64,000 bases of DNA from an uncultured Methanosarcinales archaeon (lineage in GTDB: Archaea; Nanobdellota; Nanobdellia; Woesearchaeales; ARS49), in the NCBI GenBank assembly GCA_964637115.1, contig CAZWVL010000001.1:64001-128000 (forward strand), read 5' to 3'. Numbering within the stretch: the first letter of the stretch is position 1; each line of letters starts with the position of its first letter. Below the pieces are notes generated by a model. It did not search any database. It was not told where the DNA came from and saw only the letters and a program-made list of their open reading frames with translations. The position numbers and the translations under genes are program-made. Below are positions 27,351 to 36,894 of the stretch, in pieces.

Positions 27351-27913
27351 AATTCTCGAAGTTTGAAATAAAAGAAATAGTGAAAGCCTGGATAGGAGTA
27401 TCTTTAGTGTTTGCCATAGCGATGGCCGGCTTGAAGGGGCTGGTTGTTGCGCTGCCAATTGCTTTAGTAACAGGCGGAATAGGATTTCTGCTTCACGAAT
27501 TAGCACACAAATATGTCGCACAAAAATACAAGTGCTGGGCAGAATTCAGAGCGAATAATTCAGCATTGCTCATTGGATTATTGCTGAGTTTCTTTGGATT
27601 TATTTTACTGGCGCCAGGCGGAGTGTACATCCACGGAGCAAACAGAAACCAGCACGGAAAGATAGCGCTTGCAGGGCCGTTGACGAATGTTATACTTGCG
27701 CTGCTCTTTTTTGGACTAACAACAATAGTTTCAACACCGTTGATGACTGCAACTGCAAAATACGGATTTCAGATAAATGCATTCTTAGGAGTCTTTAATT
27801 TAATACCGGTTTTGCCATTTGACGGTAGAGCTGTTTGGCAGTGGAATCGCGCGGTGTATCTGCTAACAGTTGCGGCGGCGGGGATTCTGACATTTTTTTC
27901 ATTAGCAGCTTAG
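27347..27913 (+). CDS. Site-2 protease / peptidase M50 family intramembrane metalloprotease
   Basis: LLHELAHK, IALAGP, FNLIPVLPFDG motifs; start moved to ATG 27347 (ATGA overlap). Confidence 0.9.
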   Translation: MKFSKFEIKEIVKAWIGVSLVFAIAMAGLKGLVVALPIALVTGGIGFLLHELAHKYVAQKYKCWAEFRANNSALLIGLLLSFFGFILLAPGGVYIHGANRNQHGKIALAGPLTNVILALLFFGLTTIVSTPLMTATAKYGFQINAFLGVFNLIPVLPFDGRAVWQWNRAVYLLTVAAAGILTFFSLAA

Positions 27914-28241
27914 CAATTCTCGCTTCGTATGCTTTAAGCTTCTCCCGGTCAGTATTGAACAACTGAATCCACTGTTGAATATTGCGCTCGCCCTTATCCT
28001 GAACCTTCACTGCAGCATACCTTAATGCGTCATACGCTTCACCGATATCCTTGATCAAATCTTCACTAGTACGAAAATCAACAAGCACGTATAATTCAAC
28101 AGTCTTGTTTGTCCTGATTTCAAGATTGATGCAGGGTAGACCATTTGGAAGAGAATAATCCGGATTCTGGTCAACGTACTCGGCATGATCATTATGTTGT
28201 GCAATAATTTTGTCAATACAGTCCAGCTTATTCATCTTCAC
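27795..28241 (-). CDS. Hypothetical protein (up to 148 aa)
   Basis: Abuts the TPR gene; its 3' end overlaps the M50 gene by 119 nt, so the C-terminal third is doubtful. Confidence 0.5.
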   Translation of the reverse strand: MKMNKLDCIDKIIAQHNDHAEYVDQNPDYSLPNGLPCINLEIRTNKTVELYVLVDFRTSEDLIKDIGEAYDALRYAAVKVQDKGERNIQQWIQLFNTDREKLKAYEARIAKLLMKKMSESPPPQLLADTPRDSTAKQLYRQMAKPVLN

Positions 28242-29324
28242 TCACTTCTTGCGTAATTCCTTAAGCATTTCGTAAACTTTTTCTCCGTCATCAATTCCAA
28301 TAAGCTTCTTCTTAATTACAGAAAAATGATAGACATTCTCAAGTTTGCCAAGACCATCGTTTAATCCCCTGTTAATTTCTTCAAAAGCGGAATCAAACCT
28401 TTTAAACGCCTTCAAGCGCTGTTCATCATTTTCTGCAGCAAGTAAATCAAAACTACCCGCAAAGAAACATTCATATTGAGCCAAAAACCAATCGCGTTCC
28501 AAATATTTTTCCTTCGTCATTTCCTTGGCCCACCGATACTTGGAAATTTCATATAAGAAATCAGCTGCTTTCAGTTTGTCCTCTCTTGTGGTGGCTTCTA
28601 TCTTCAATCTAGTATTCACTGCACGCGCCTCTTTGTATGACAATTCCATTCCAGCAGCAATCAGTTCCAGCTTTTTATCGGCATTTCCGGGAAGCTTATT
28701 CAGTTCTTCCATCGCTCTTCCAGGCTGTTTACCTCCAGCACATGCACCCCAAAGACTCAAGTAAGAACGAGTATCATCTGGTTTTAATGTCACGCATTGG
28801 CGAAAGGCAGGCAACGCCTTGTCGTATTCTTTGAAGCGGCAATGAGTTGTTCCGAGGTAAAGCCACAATTCTGCATCATCTTGCTTGGCTGTAGTCGCAG
28901 CCTCCAAATGAGAAATGGCATCCTTGTACATTTGCATGGACAATTTTGATGCTTGTTCAGCTGATTCAATGCCATATGCATCTGTCAAAAGTTTCTTGCC
29001 TAAAGGAGGCAGCAACTCATAAGCGTGCAGTCCCTGAGCGGCTTTAAAAGTTTCGCGAGCAAGCTTGTCCTGCATTCTTAACAGGACTTCCTTGTGCTTA
29101 TTGTCATTTGAAAGCTTGACTACCTGCTTGTATAGTTCAGTTGCTTTCTCCCTGCTGCTCGGCTGATCGATCTTGTACTGCTGATTTTCACTCCACAACT
29201 TTTTTGATTTCTCAACAAGCGCTTCAATGTCTTCCTGAAAAATCACGTGCCGGTCTATCGGCAAATTGGTATAATTATGAGGAAGAAAAGCAAGCGACGC
29301 CGCAATAAGTTCCTTAAGTCCCAT
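28242..29324 (-). CDS. TPR-repeat protein
   Basis: YKDAISHLEAA...DAELWLYLGTTHCRFKEYDKALPAFRQCVTLKPDDTRSYLSL TPR pattern. Confidence 0.75.
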   Translation of the reverse strand: MGLKELIAASLAFLPHNYTNLPIDRHVIFQEDIEALVEKSKKLWSENQQYKIDQPSSREKATELYKQVVKLSNDNKHKEVLLRMQDKLARETFKAAQGLHAYELLPPLGKKLLTDAYGIESAEQASKLSMQMYKDAISHLEAATTAKQDDAELWLYLGTTHCRFKEYDKALPAFRQCVTLKPDDTRSYLSLWGACAGGKQPGRAMEELNKLPGNADKKLELIAAGMELSYKEARAVNTRLKIEATTREDKLKAADFLYEISKYRWAKEMTKEKYLERDWFLAQYECFFAGSFDLLAAENDEQRLKAFKRFDSAFEEINRGLNDGLGKLENVYHFSVIKKKLIGIDDGEKVYEMLKELRKK

Positions 29325-29423
29325 TTGCACCCACTAATAGACGAGGAAATAGGTCTGTTTTTAAAGCTTTTGACCAATTTGTCAGAAAGTATTAATAGAC
29401 GTGTGTGTAGTAGTGGCTGGGGT

Positions 29424-29882
29424 GTGAAAGTGACGACATACTGGTTTCCGTTGCCGCAAAAAAGAGCTTCCGATGACAAGTTTGCAAAACTCCGAAAACA
29501 GGGAGAAATCTATGTGCTCCGGCGAAAAATTCTTCAGGTTTTGTCGTCAGACTGCGACGTGCCTGTAAGCTTTGACCCAACAACAAAATCACTAACTGCA
29601 CTCCTGCGCGGAAAAGACGGGAAAGACAATCTTTACATATCAACAGATGGACGAGAACTTGAACATTTGCAACGATTAGAATTAGCTGATGGAAAGAAAA
29701 GAAGCCATATTGAATACATGCGCGCACTAAAGGCAATTGTCATCGAGCGGCTGAATGCACGCGGGCTGACCTACCGTGATTTGCTGTTTGCAGATACCTG
29801 CAATATTCCTAAGGTCTACCGAGGCGTATTTGAACTATCAATTGACAGAATAGTGGACAAGTACTTTCTTTCACCAGAATAA
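29424..29882 (+). CDS. Hypothetical protein (about 152 aa)
   Basis: The track ORF from 29247 overlaps the TPR gene head-on; GTG 29424 after ggggtg is the more plausible start. Confidence 0.5.
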   Translation: MKVTTYWFPLPQKRASDDKFAKLRKQGEIYVLRRKILQVLSSDCDVPVSFDPTTKSLTALLRGKDGKDNLYISTDGRELEHLQRLELADGKKRSHIEYMRALKAIVIERLNARGLTYRDLLFADTCNIPKVYRGVFELSIDRIVDKYFLSPE

Positions 29883-29968
29883 TGTCCACTGGACAAGTTC
29901 TCGCATAAGCTTTTTATAGCGTCTGTAAGATTAGAGTGGTAGAACAACAGCTATTAATTATTTTCAAT

Positions 29969-32900
29969 ATGGAAAATAATAAAACATTGACGTGGAAAGA
30001 GAAACCAAATACGGCAGCAGAAGTAGATACAATACTCACACCAACAGTCAAAAAATGGTTTTATTCCAGATTTCCAAACTATTCTTTGCCACAGCTGTAT
30101 GGCGTTCTTGAGATACATTCACGCAACAACATCATTGTTTCAGCGCCTACAGGTGCAACAAAGACACTAACTGGATTTCTTTCTATTTTAAACGAGCTTG
30201 TTGACTCAGCAGAAAAAGGAGTTTTGCAAGACAAAGTTTATGCGGTCTATATTTCACCTTTGAAAGCACTGTCAAACGACATTTCCAAGAACTTGAAAGA
30301 ACCGCTTGAACAAATAGAACAAATTGCCGGCAAAAGTTTAGGCATTCGAGTTGGTGTTCGCACAGGCGATACAACTGCCACAGAGAAAAGCAAGATGCTC
30401 AAGCATCCGCCGCACATTTTAATCACTACGCCAGAAAGTTTGTGCATAATGATGACCTCTATGAAGTTCAGAGAGCATCTGAAAGGAGTAGAATGGTGCA
30501 TTGTAGACGAAATACACGCGCTTGCAGAAAACAAAAGAGGAGTAGACCTTTCTTTATCACTCGAACGCCTGCAGCACTTGTCTGCTGGAATGTGCAGGAT
30601 AGGTCTTTCAGCAACAGTAGCGCCAATAGACCAAATTGCGCAGTACCTTGTCGGCAATGGAAGATCATGCAAGATAATAGAAATTCAGTTCTTGAAGAAT
30701 TTAGACTTGAAAGTGCTTTCTCCTGTTGACAATTTAATTGACACGCCCCACGGTATTGCCCACCACGCGATGTACACGCTCATTGACGAATTAATCCAGC
30801 AGCACAAGACAACACTGGTGTTTACTAACACACGTGCAGCAACTGAGCGCGTTGTAGATCACCTGAAAACACGATTTCCGAGCAAATATGTAGGAAACAT
30901 TGGAGCGCATCACGGCAGCATGAGCAAAAGAATGCGTCTTGAAATCGAGGATAAACTACGAAAAGGAGAATTGAAAGCAGTTGTCTGCTCAACATCACTC
31001 GAACTGGGCATTGACATTGGTTACATTGACTTAGTTATTTGCCTTGGCTCTCCAAAATCAGTTGCAAGATTCCTTCAAAGAGCCGGCAGAAGCGGGCACA
31101 AACTCCACGAAACAGTCAAAGCACGCATAATCGTAATGGACCGAGATGATTTAGTTGAATGTGCAGTATTATTGAAAAGCGCCATAGAGAAGAAAATAGA
31201 CAAAGTACACATTCCTTGTAATGCACTTGACGTTCTTGCGCAACAATTATTGGGAATGGCGCTGGAAGAGGTCTGGGAAGAAAAAGAGCTCTACAAAGTC
31301 GTAAAACAAAGCTACTGCTACAAAGACCTGAAACTGAACGATTTCAACCAAATTCTCAGCTATCTTGCAGGAGAGTTTGTAGATCTTGAAGACAGACACA
31401 TCTATGCAAAGATTTGGCGCCAAGACGGCAAAATAGGAAAGAAAGGCAAGATGACAAGAGTCATCTACATGATGAATATCGGCACGATTCCAGACGAATC
31501 GTTCATCACCGTAAAAGTAGGCACGGAAACAGTCGGCATGCTCGACGAAGGATTTGTAGAACGAATGAAACCAGGCGATGTGTTTGTACTTGGTGGAGAC
31601 ACGTACATGTTCAAGTTCACCCGCGGAATGGTGGCGCAAGTCTCAACTTCCGTGAATAGGCCCCCGACAGTACCCCGCTGGGCTTCAGAAATGCTGCCAT
31701 TAAGCTTTGACCTGGCAAATGAAATTGGCAGATTCAGACGATTAATGATGGAGAAGTTCACATCCGGCGAGAATAAAGCAGCCATTCTGAAATTCATCAA
31801 TGAACATTTGTATGTCGATGACAAAGCAGCAAATGCCATCTATGAATATTTCAAAGAACAATACGATTACTGCAAGAAGATACCCAGCGACAAAACAATT
31901 CTGATCGAATATTATGTTGATGAGCGCGATCAAAAAATAATCTTTCATTCCCTGTTTGGCAGGCGAGTCAATGATTGTTTGAGCAGAGCAGTCGCGTTCG
32001 CGCTTTCAAGAACAGAACACAAAGATGTTGAGTTAGGAATGAACGACAACGGCTTTTACATTAATGGAACCAGGAAACTGAACCCGATAAAAGCAATCAA
32101 ACTACTCAAAGCAGACAAGTTAAACATGGTGATGAGCACTGCTATAGAAAAAAGCGAAGTTTTCAAAAGGCGCTTCAGGCACTGCGCGACACGTTCACTA
32201 ATGATATTGCGCAATTACATGGGACATCAGAAAAGAGTAGGAAGGCAGCAGGTAAGCTCGATGATATTGATGAGCGCATTAAAACAACTTGATCCGGAAT
32301 TTGCAATTCTCAATGAAGCAAAAAGAGAATGTTTGGAAGACGTGATGGACATCGAGAATACAAAAAAAATATTGCACGGCATTGAAGACGGCACAATCAA
32401 ACTTGTTGAGATAGAAACAAAGATTCCATCTCCATTCGCTTTGAATTTGGCGCTTATGGGTTATATGGACGTGTTGCGTATAGAAGACAAATATGAATTC
32501 CTGCGCAGGATGCACGAGCAGATTCTGGCGAAAATCTCCGGCAAGGAAGCAAAAGCAGTCAGCGGAAGCTCATTTGTAGAAAAATCACGTGGAGAACGCA
32601 ATGAATTCAAAGAAATCTTGAAACGAGAAGCATGGAATTTGAAAAAAGTTCCAAAATTCGCCAAAGCAGAGCTCGTGCGCGTTATTGACGGCGAACGAAG
32701 CAACATAGACCCGCGATTTATTGAGGGCATCAACACATACCGCGCCGAAATTGAAGCGAACTGGCCTGAAGAGCTGAAAAAGTTTTTATTTACTGTTTTG
32801 AACGACCTGAAAACAGGAGATTTCTCCTACCAAGACTTTTGGAATGAAGAAAGCGCAAAAGAAGAAGAAAAAGTAGAGTTAGAGAAGCAGGAACTATTTG

Positions 32901-33103
32901 AGCAGTTCAACGAAGCAGCGAAAAGAGCAAAATTAGACCCGCAAATACGCTATGACGTCTACAAGATGATTGCAGGAGACAAGGAAGGCTTCAGAGATGA
33001 TACTTTAAAATGGCTCAAACAGCTGTTCTCCAAAACAGTTTCGTCAATGTGGAAGGACGATATAGCCAAGTTTTTACAGAAAAAATTAAAAGAGCTGGCA
33101 TAA
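29969..33103 (+). CDS. lhr: Lhr-core ATP-dependent SF2 helicase with extended C-terminus
   Basis: YISPLKAL, ITTPESL, IVDEIH, IGLSAT, AHHGSMS, STSLELGIDIG, QRAGRSGH, IGTIPDE, GDVFVLGG, FHSLFGRRVND. Confidence 0.9.
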   Translation: MENNKTLTWKEKPNTAAEVDTILTPTVKKWFYSRFPNYSLPQLYGVLEIHSRNNIIVSAPTGATKTLTGFLSILNELVDSAEKGVLQDKVYAVYISPLKALSNDISKNLKEPLEQIEQIAGKSLGIRVGVRTGDTTATEKSKMLKHPPHILITTPESLCIMMTSMKFREHLKGVEWCIVDEIHALAENKRGVDLSLSLERLQHLSAGMCRIGLSATVAPIDQIAQYLVGNGRSCKIIEIQFLKNLDLKVLSPVDNLIDTPHGIAHHAMYTLIDELIQQHKTTLVFTNTRAATERVVDHLKTRFPSKYVGNIGAHHGSMSKRMRLEIEDKLRKGELKAVVCSTSLELGIDIGYIDLVICLGSPKSVARFLQRAGRSGHKLHETVKARIIVMDRDDLVECAVLLKSAIEKKIDKVHIPCNALDVLAQQLLGMALEEVWEEKELYKVVKQSYCYKDLKLNDFNQILSYLAGEFVDLEDRHIYAKIWRQDGKIGKKGKMTRVIYMMNIGTIPDESFITVKVGTETVGMLDEGFVERMKPGDVFVLGGDTYMFKFTRGMVAQVSTSVNRPPTVPRWASEMLPLSFDLANEIGRFRRLMMEKFTSGENKAAILKFINEHLYVDDKAANAIYEYFKEQYDYCKKIPSDKTILIEYYVDERDQKIIFHSLFGRRVNDCLSRAVAFALSRTEHKDVELGMNDNGFYINGTRKLNPIKAIKLLKADKLNMVMSTAIEKSEVFKRRFRHCATRSLMILRNYMGHQKRVGRQQVSSMILMSALKQLDPEFAILNEAKRECLEDVMDIENTKKILHGIEDGTIKLVEIETKIPSPFALNLALMGYMDVLRIEDKYEFLRRMHEQILAKISGKEAKAVSGSSFVEKSRGERNEFKEILKREAWNLKKVPKFAKAELVRVIDGERSNIDPRFIEGINTYRAEIEANWPEELKKFLFTVLNDLKTGDFSYQDFWNEESAKEEEKVELEKQELFEQFNEAAKRAKLDPQIRYDVYKMIAGDKEGFRDDTLKWLKQLFSKTVSSMWKDDIAKFLQKKLKELA

Positions 33104-33111
33104 AATCATAT

Positions 33112-33987
33112 ATGATGATCACTGTAGTGGGTGCAGGCAAGTTCGGGCAGGCTATTTCCAAATTACTTGGCCAGAACAAGCACCAAATGGTAGACGTAGA
33201 GAAAGACGGTACGTATTCTTCTGATACTGTTGAAAAAATCAAGAAATCAGACAAATTAATCATATGCGTGCCAAGTCCCTTTTTGCAGGATTGCACAAAC
33301 ATGCTCTCAGGCATAATCAAGCCGGACGCAAAAATACTTTCCTGCACAAAAGGCATTTATGACAATTTGAAAACACCATCAGAAATTATCAAAGAACAAC
33401 TTGCAAACCCGGTTGCGGCATTAATGGGGCCAAATCTTGCAGCCGAAATAATGCAAAACAAGCCGGCAATAGCAGTCATTGCAGGAGACAATTCACACGA
33501 ATGGGCAAGCTACTTTAACAGCACAACATTCAAAGCAATTGCTGAAACAGACATTGTCGGAATAGAATTCGGTGGAGCAATCAAGAACGTTGTTGCTTTA
33601 GGAGCAGGATTGCTTGACGGATATTATGAAAAGGACACTTGCAACTCAATGGGAAGTTTTGTGGCATTTGCATTGCGCGAAATACAGCATTTGTATGAAC
33701 ACAAATCAAGCTCAACAATACCAGAATTAAGTTTTATCGGCGATTTATTTGCAACCTGCATGTCAGAAAATTCCAGAAACCACCAGTTTGGACACCAATT
33801 CGGCAGTGTTTTGCGGGAAGGAAAGCCAACACCAAAGCCGGAGCAGACAGTTGAAGGATATAGGACGTTGCAAATTGTGCAAACATATGCTGAGAAAAAC
33901 AAGATAACAATGCCGACGATAACTGCACTATACAATGTATTCTTCAGAAATGGAAAAATTGAGAATATCATAGAGAGTTGGAGATAA
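33112..33987 (+). CDS. gpsA: NAD(P)H-dependent glycerol-3-phosphate dehydrogenase
   Basis: VVGAGKFG Rossmann motif, SCTKG, GPNLAAE, GGAIKNVVALGAG, GDLFATC...SRN, EGYRT; start moved to ATG 33112. Confidence 0.9.
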   Translation: MMITVVGAGKFGQAISKLLGQNKHQMVDVEKDGTYSSDTVEKIKKSDKLIICVPSPFLQDCTNMLSGIIKPDAKILSCTKGIYDNLKTPSEIIKEQLANPVAALMGPNLAAEIMQNKPAIAVIAGDNSHEWASYFNSTTFKAIAETDIVGIEFGGAIKNVVALGAGLLDGYYEKDTCNSMGSFVAFALREIQHLYEHKSSSTIPELSFIGDLFATCMSENSRNHQFGHQFGSVLREGKPTPKPEQTVEGYRTLQIVQTYAEKNKITMPTITALYNVFFRNGKIENIIESWR

Positions 33988-33989
33988 AA

Positions 33990-35153
33990 ATGTATACGAA
34001 AATATTAGCAACGGCAAGTTACGTTCCTGAAACCAGACGCACAAATGCAGATTTGGAAAAAATGGTTGATACAACAGATGAATGGATAATGGACCGTGTT
34101 GGCATAAAAGAAAGACGAATATCCAAACCACACGAAAGCCATGCGTTCATGGCAACACAATCGGTAATGAAAGTTGTTGAAAAAGCAGGCATACATCCAA
34201 GACAAGCAAGCATAATTCTAACAGGAAACACGCACGTACAAGGACTAATACCGCCAAAATCGCCCCAATGGGCGCTGGGGCCAAACATGGCAGCATATGA
34301 TGTCGTTGCGGACAACACGAGCGGTATTGTTGAGTCAGCAAGAAACCTTTTCAGAACACTTTCAATACGAGGGGACACCAGCTATACAGGAGAAGTAAGC
34401 GGACAGCTTGGACAAGGAGTAATTTATCATCACCAGCAAACAGGCCTTTCACAAGTCATAGCCAAAGAACTTGGAATGAACTCAAAATTCTCATTCGACG
34501 TAATAACGGGCTGCGCCTCATTCAATTATGGATTAGCCCTCGCAGACACTCTTGTAAAAAAAACATATCCAGAATACGTTGTAGTAGCGGCTGTTGACAA
34601 ATTGCTTGGCATCACAAATCCGAAAGACAGGTCAACAATCATATTATTTGGAGAGCTGGCAGGAGCAGCACTGATTGGACCAAGCAAGCAGGAAGGATTC
34701 ATATCACACCACTTAGAAACAGAAGGCAAGCTAAAAGACACGATAGCGATAAAACAAGAGCCGGGATGGGACAAGCCATACTTCTGGCAGGACGGCAAGG
34801 CAGTTTACAAGTGGGCAGTGCCAAAAATAGTTGAACTGACACGAAAAGCTGTTGAAGAAACACGCGACATTGGCGGCAACAGATTGTTTATAGTTCCCCA
34901 CCAGGCAAACCCGCGAATGGTTGAAACGGCAAAAAAGAATACTGTTTTCAAAAATGTCTATGCAACCATTGTAACAGGAGACATGTTCGGAAACAGCTCG
35001 ACAGCCTCCATAGCACACGCGCTTGATGTGTTATTGACAGAAGGCGTGCAGGTCAACGGCCACAAAGCAAAACCAGAAAAAGGCGACTACATCGGCATAC
35101 TTGGATTTGGAGCGGGATTGTCGTCAGCTGTCAATGTGTACCGCTGCGCTTAA
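33990..35153 (+). CDS. fabH: 3-oxoacyl-ACP synthase III-like (FabH) condensing enzyme with an internal insertion
   Basis: RTNADLEKMVDTTDEWI..RVGIKERR, catalytic FDVITGC (Cys 34512), LFGELAG, DGKAVY, VPHQAN, GNSSTAS, GFGAGL. Confidence 0.88.
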   Translation: MYTKILATASYVPETRRTNADLEKMVDTTDEWIMDRVGIKERRISKPHESHAFMATQSVMKVVEKAGIHPRQASIILTGNTHVQGLIPPKSPQWALGPNMAAYDVVADNTSGIVESARNLFRTLSIRGDTSYTGEVSGQLGQGVIYHHQQTGLSQVIAKELGMNSKFSFDVITGCASFNYGLALADTLVKKTYPEYVVVAAVDKLLGITNPKDRSTIILFGELAGAALIGPSKQEGFISHHLETEGKLKDTIAIKQEPGWDKPYFWQDGKAVYKWAVPKIVELTRKAVEETRDIGGNRLFIVPHQANPRMVETAKKNTVFKNVYATIVTGDMFGNSSTASIAHALDVLLTEGVQVNGHKAKPEKGDYIGILGFGAGLSSAVNVYRCA

Positions 35154-35183
35154 TTTATAAACTGTTAATTGTCAATTCAATAA

Positions 35184-36377
35184 ATGAATATTAAGTTCAA
35201 TATTCCTTTAATGTATGCAATTGCGTCTTTGATGTGGGCGCGATTCTTCCTTCCCGTGCTTGCATTATTCTATATTGCATCTCAAGTGTCCATTGAACAA
35301 TTCACTATCATCATGGGCGCGTTTGCGCTCGCGAACTTCATTCTTGAAATTCCAACCGGCGTTATTGCTGACTTGATTGGAAAGAAAAAGACACTTTTGA
35401 TAGGACGCTCCATGTATGTTATTGAAATTTTGATAATTGCATTTATGAATGGCTTCTGGCCTTTTCTTATTGCAAAAGTTATCAGTGGTATTGCCGTTAG
35501 TTTTGTCTCCGGAGCAAATGAAGCGATGCTCTATGACACTCTGAAAAAGCAGGGGAGAGTCCACGAACACAAGAAAGTCACGGGCATTATGTTCACGCTC
35601 ACCAACATATCAATGGCATTTGTGTTCATTATTGGCGCTTATTTGTTCTCAATCAACAATAAATTGCCTGCGTTCGTGTCGTTGCCTTTTATCGTCGTTG
35701 GCGTCATACTCACCTGCTTTTTGCAGGAACCTTACAAAAGCAAAAAGAAGGCGACGTTTACAAATGCCTGGCTCCACTTCAAAGAAGGATTGGCGTGTGT
35801 CCGGCACAACCCTGTCCTGAAATACCTCATCGCGTTCTCCATGGTTATCGTAGCACTTATTGACATTAACACGTCCGTCTCATCGGCTTATTTCGAGAAG
35901 ATTCTCATTCCAGTAGCATATATCGGCGCGGTTGCATTTGCCGCAAGTATGCTCATTGCATTAGTAAGCAGAAAAGTTCACACGCTCGAACACCGAATCG
36001 GAGACAAGCGCAGCCTTCAATTGATACTCGCGCTCATGATACTCGGTATGCTGCTCATGTCGTTGCTTATTCAATATTATGGCGTTTTGTTTTATTTCAT
36101 TATCTCAATATCTGTTGGCTTCTATTTCGTCCTTGTCAATCATTATGTCAATGTGCACGTTGACACGGCACATCGCGCAACAATAATTTCTATAAAGCAC
36201 ATGGCGGTCCAACTGGCCGCATTTCTTCTGTTTCCGATGTTCGGACATGTTACGAAGAAATATTCGATGGGAACCGCATACTGGGCATTCGGCATATTTT
36301 TAGTTGCATATTCAGTATTCTTGTATTTGTATTCACGTAATATAAAAATAGGTGGATTAAACGAGAAAACTGCTTAA
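35184..36377 (+). CDS. MFS transporter
   Basis: About 12 TM helices; motif A EIPTGVIADLIGKKKTL; SGANEAMLYD. Confidence 0.9.
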   Translation: MNIKFNIPLMYAIASLMWARFFLPVLALFYIASQVSIEQFTIIMGAFALANFILEIPTGVIADLIGKKKTLLIGRSMYVIEILIIAFMNGFWPFLIAKVISGIAVSFVSGANEAMLYDTLKKQGRVHEHKKVTGIMFTLTNISMAFVFIIGAYLFSINNKLPAFVSLPFIVVGVILTCFLQEPYKSKKKATFTNAWLHFKEGLACVRHNPVLKYLIAFSMVIVALIDINTSVSSAYFEKILIPVAYIGAVAFAASMLIALVSRKVHTLEHRIGDKRSLQLILALMILGMLLMSLLIQYYGVLFYFIISISVGFYFVLVNHYVNVHVDTAHRATIISIKHMAVQLAAFLLFPMFGHVTKKYSMGTAYWAFGIFLVAYSVFLYLYSRNIKIGGLNEKTA

Positions 36378-36397
36378 AACAAAATACTGCAAAGAAA

Positions 36398-36841
36398 TCA
36401 GCGATTATCAGGCCGAGATGATTCTGCGTTTATTTTATCATCAATCGTGACAGACTCTCCTGTAATTTCCTGCGCCTTTTGTTCTACCACGTTTTTATAT
36501 TTCATCATATAATCCAAAACATTTTTTTTGCGCTTCTTGACAGGAGCTGTTTGAACAAAATTGTCAGAACTAGGAATCATTTCTACCGCAGTCCTAAGTG
36601 TTGCGTTAATTCCAAATCCAAGAGCGATTACAAAAGGCACTGCAACCATATACCAGCGCTTGCCAATGGCTGTCTCGTACACAAAATTCGCTGTTGCTTT
36701 GTACGCACGCGCAACTGAATCAACCGTAACGTTGGCATATCTTGTTACATCATTATGAAATTTCTCAGCATCAACACCTAAGAATATCGACTCTTCGTGA
36801 GGTTTCCACTCTCTGCCTCCTGTGTAAATCCCTGTCTTCAC
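36398..36841 (-). CDS. Hypothetical single-TM protein
   Basis: One hydrophobic segment WYMVAVPFVIALGFGI; divergent TATA-like promoter region. Confidence 0.6.
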   Translation of the reverse strand: MKTGIYTGGREWKPHEESIFLGVDAEKFHNDVTRYANVTVDSVARAYKATANFVYETAIGKRWYMVAVPFVIALGFGINATLRTAVEMIPSSDNFVQTAPVKKRKKNVLDYMMKYKNVVEQKAQEITGESVTIDDKINAESSRPDNR

Positions 36842-36894
36842 ACCCTTCTTTAAAACAACAGGCTTTTTAAATATGATGACCTAAATATGTCAAC

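Noticed and set aside
27347-27913. M50 protease as part of the toxin system or as an anti-sigma protease
   Set aside because: It looks like the ordinary small archaeal M50 and is separated from the toxin operon by a gene with its own TATA; there is no supporting evidence.
27795-27913. 119-nt convergent overlap as a designed antisense overlap
   Set aside because: More simply a lost stop codon in an orphan gene; the overlapping residues look non-specific.
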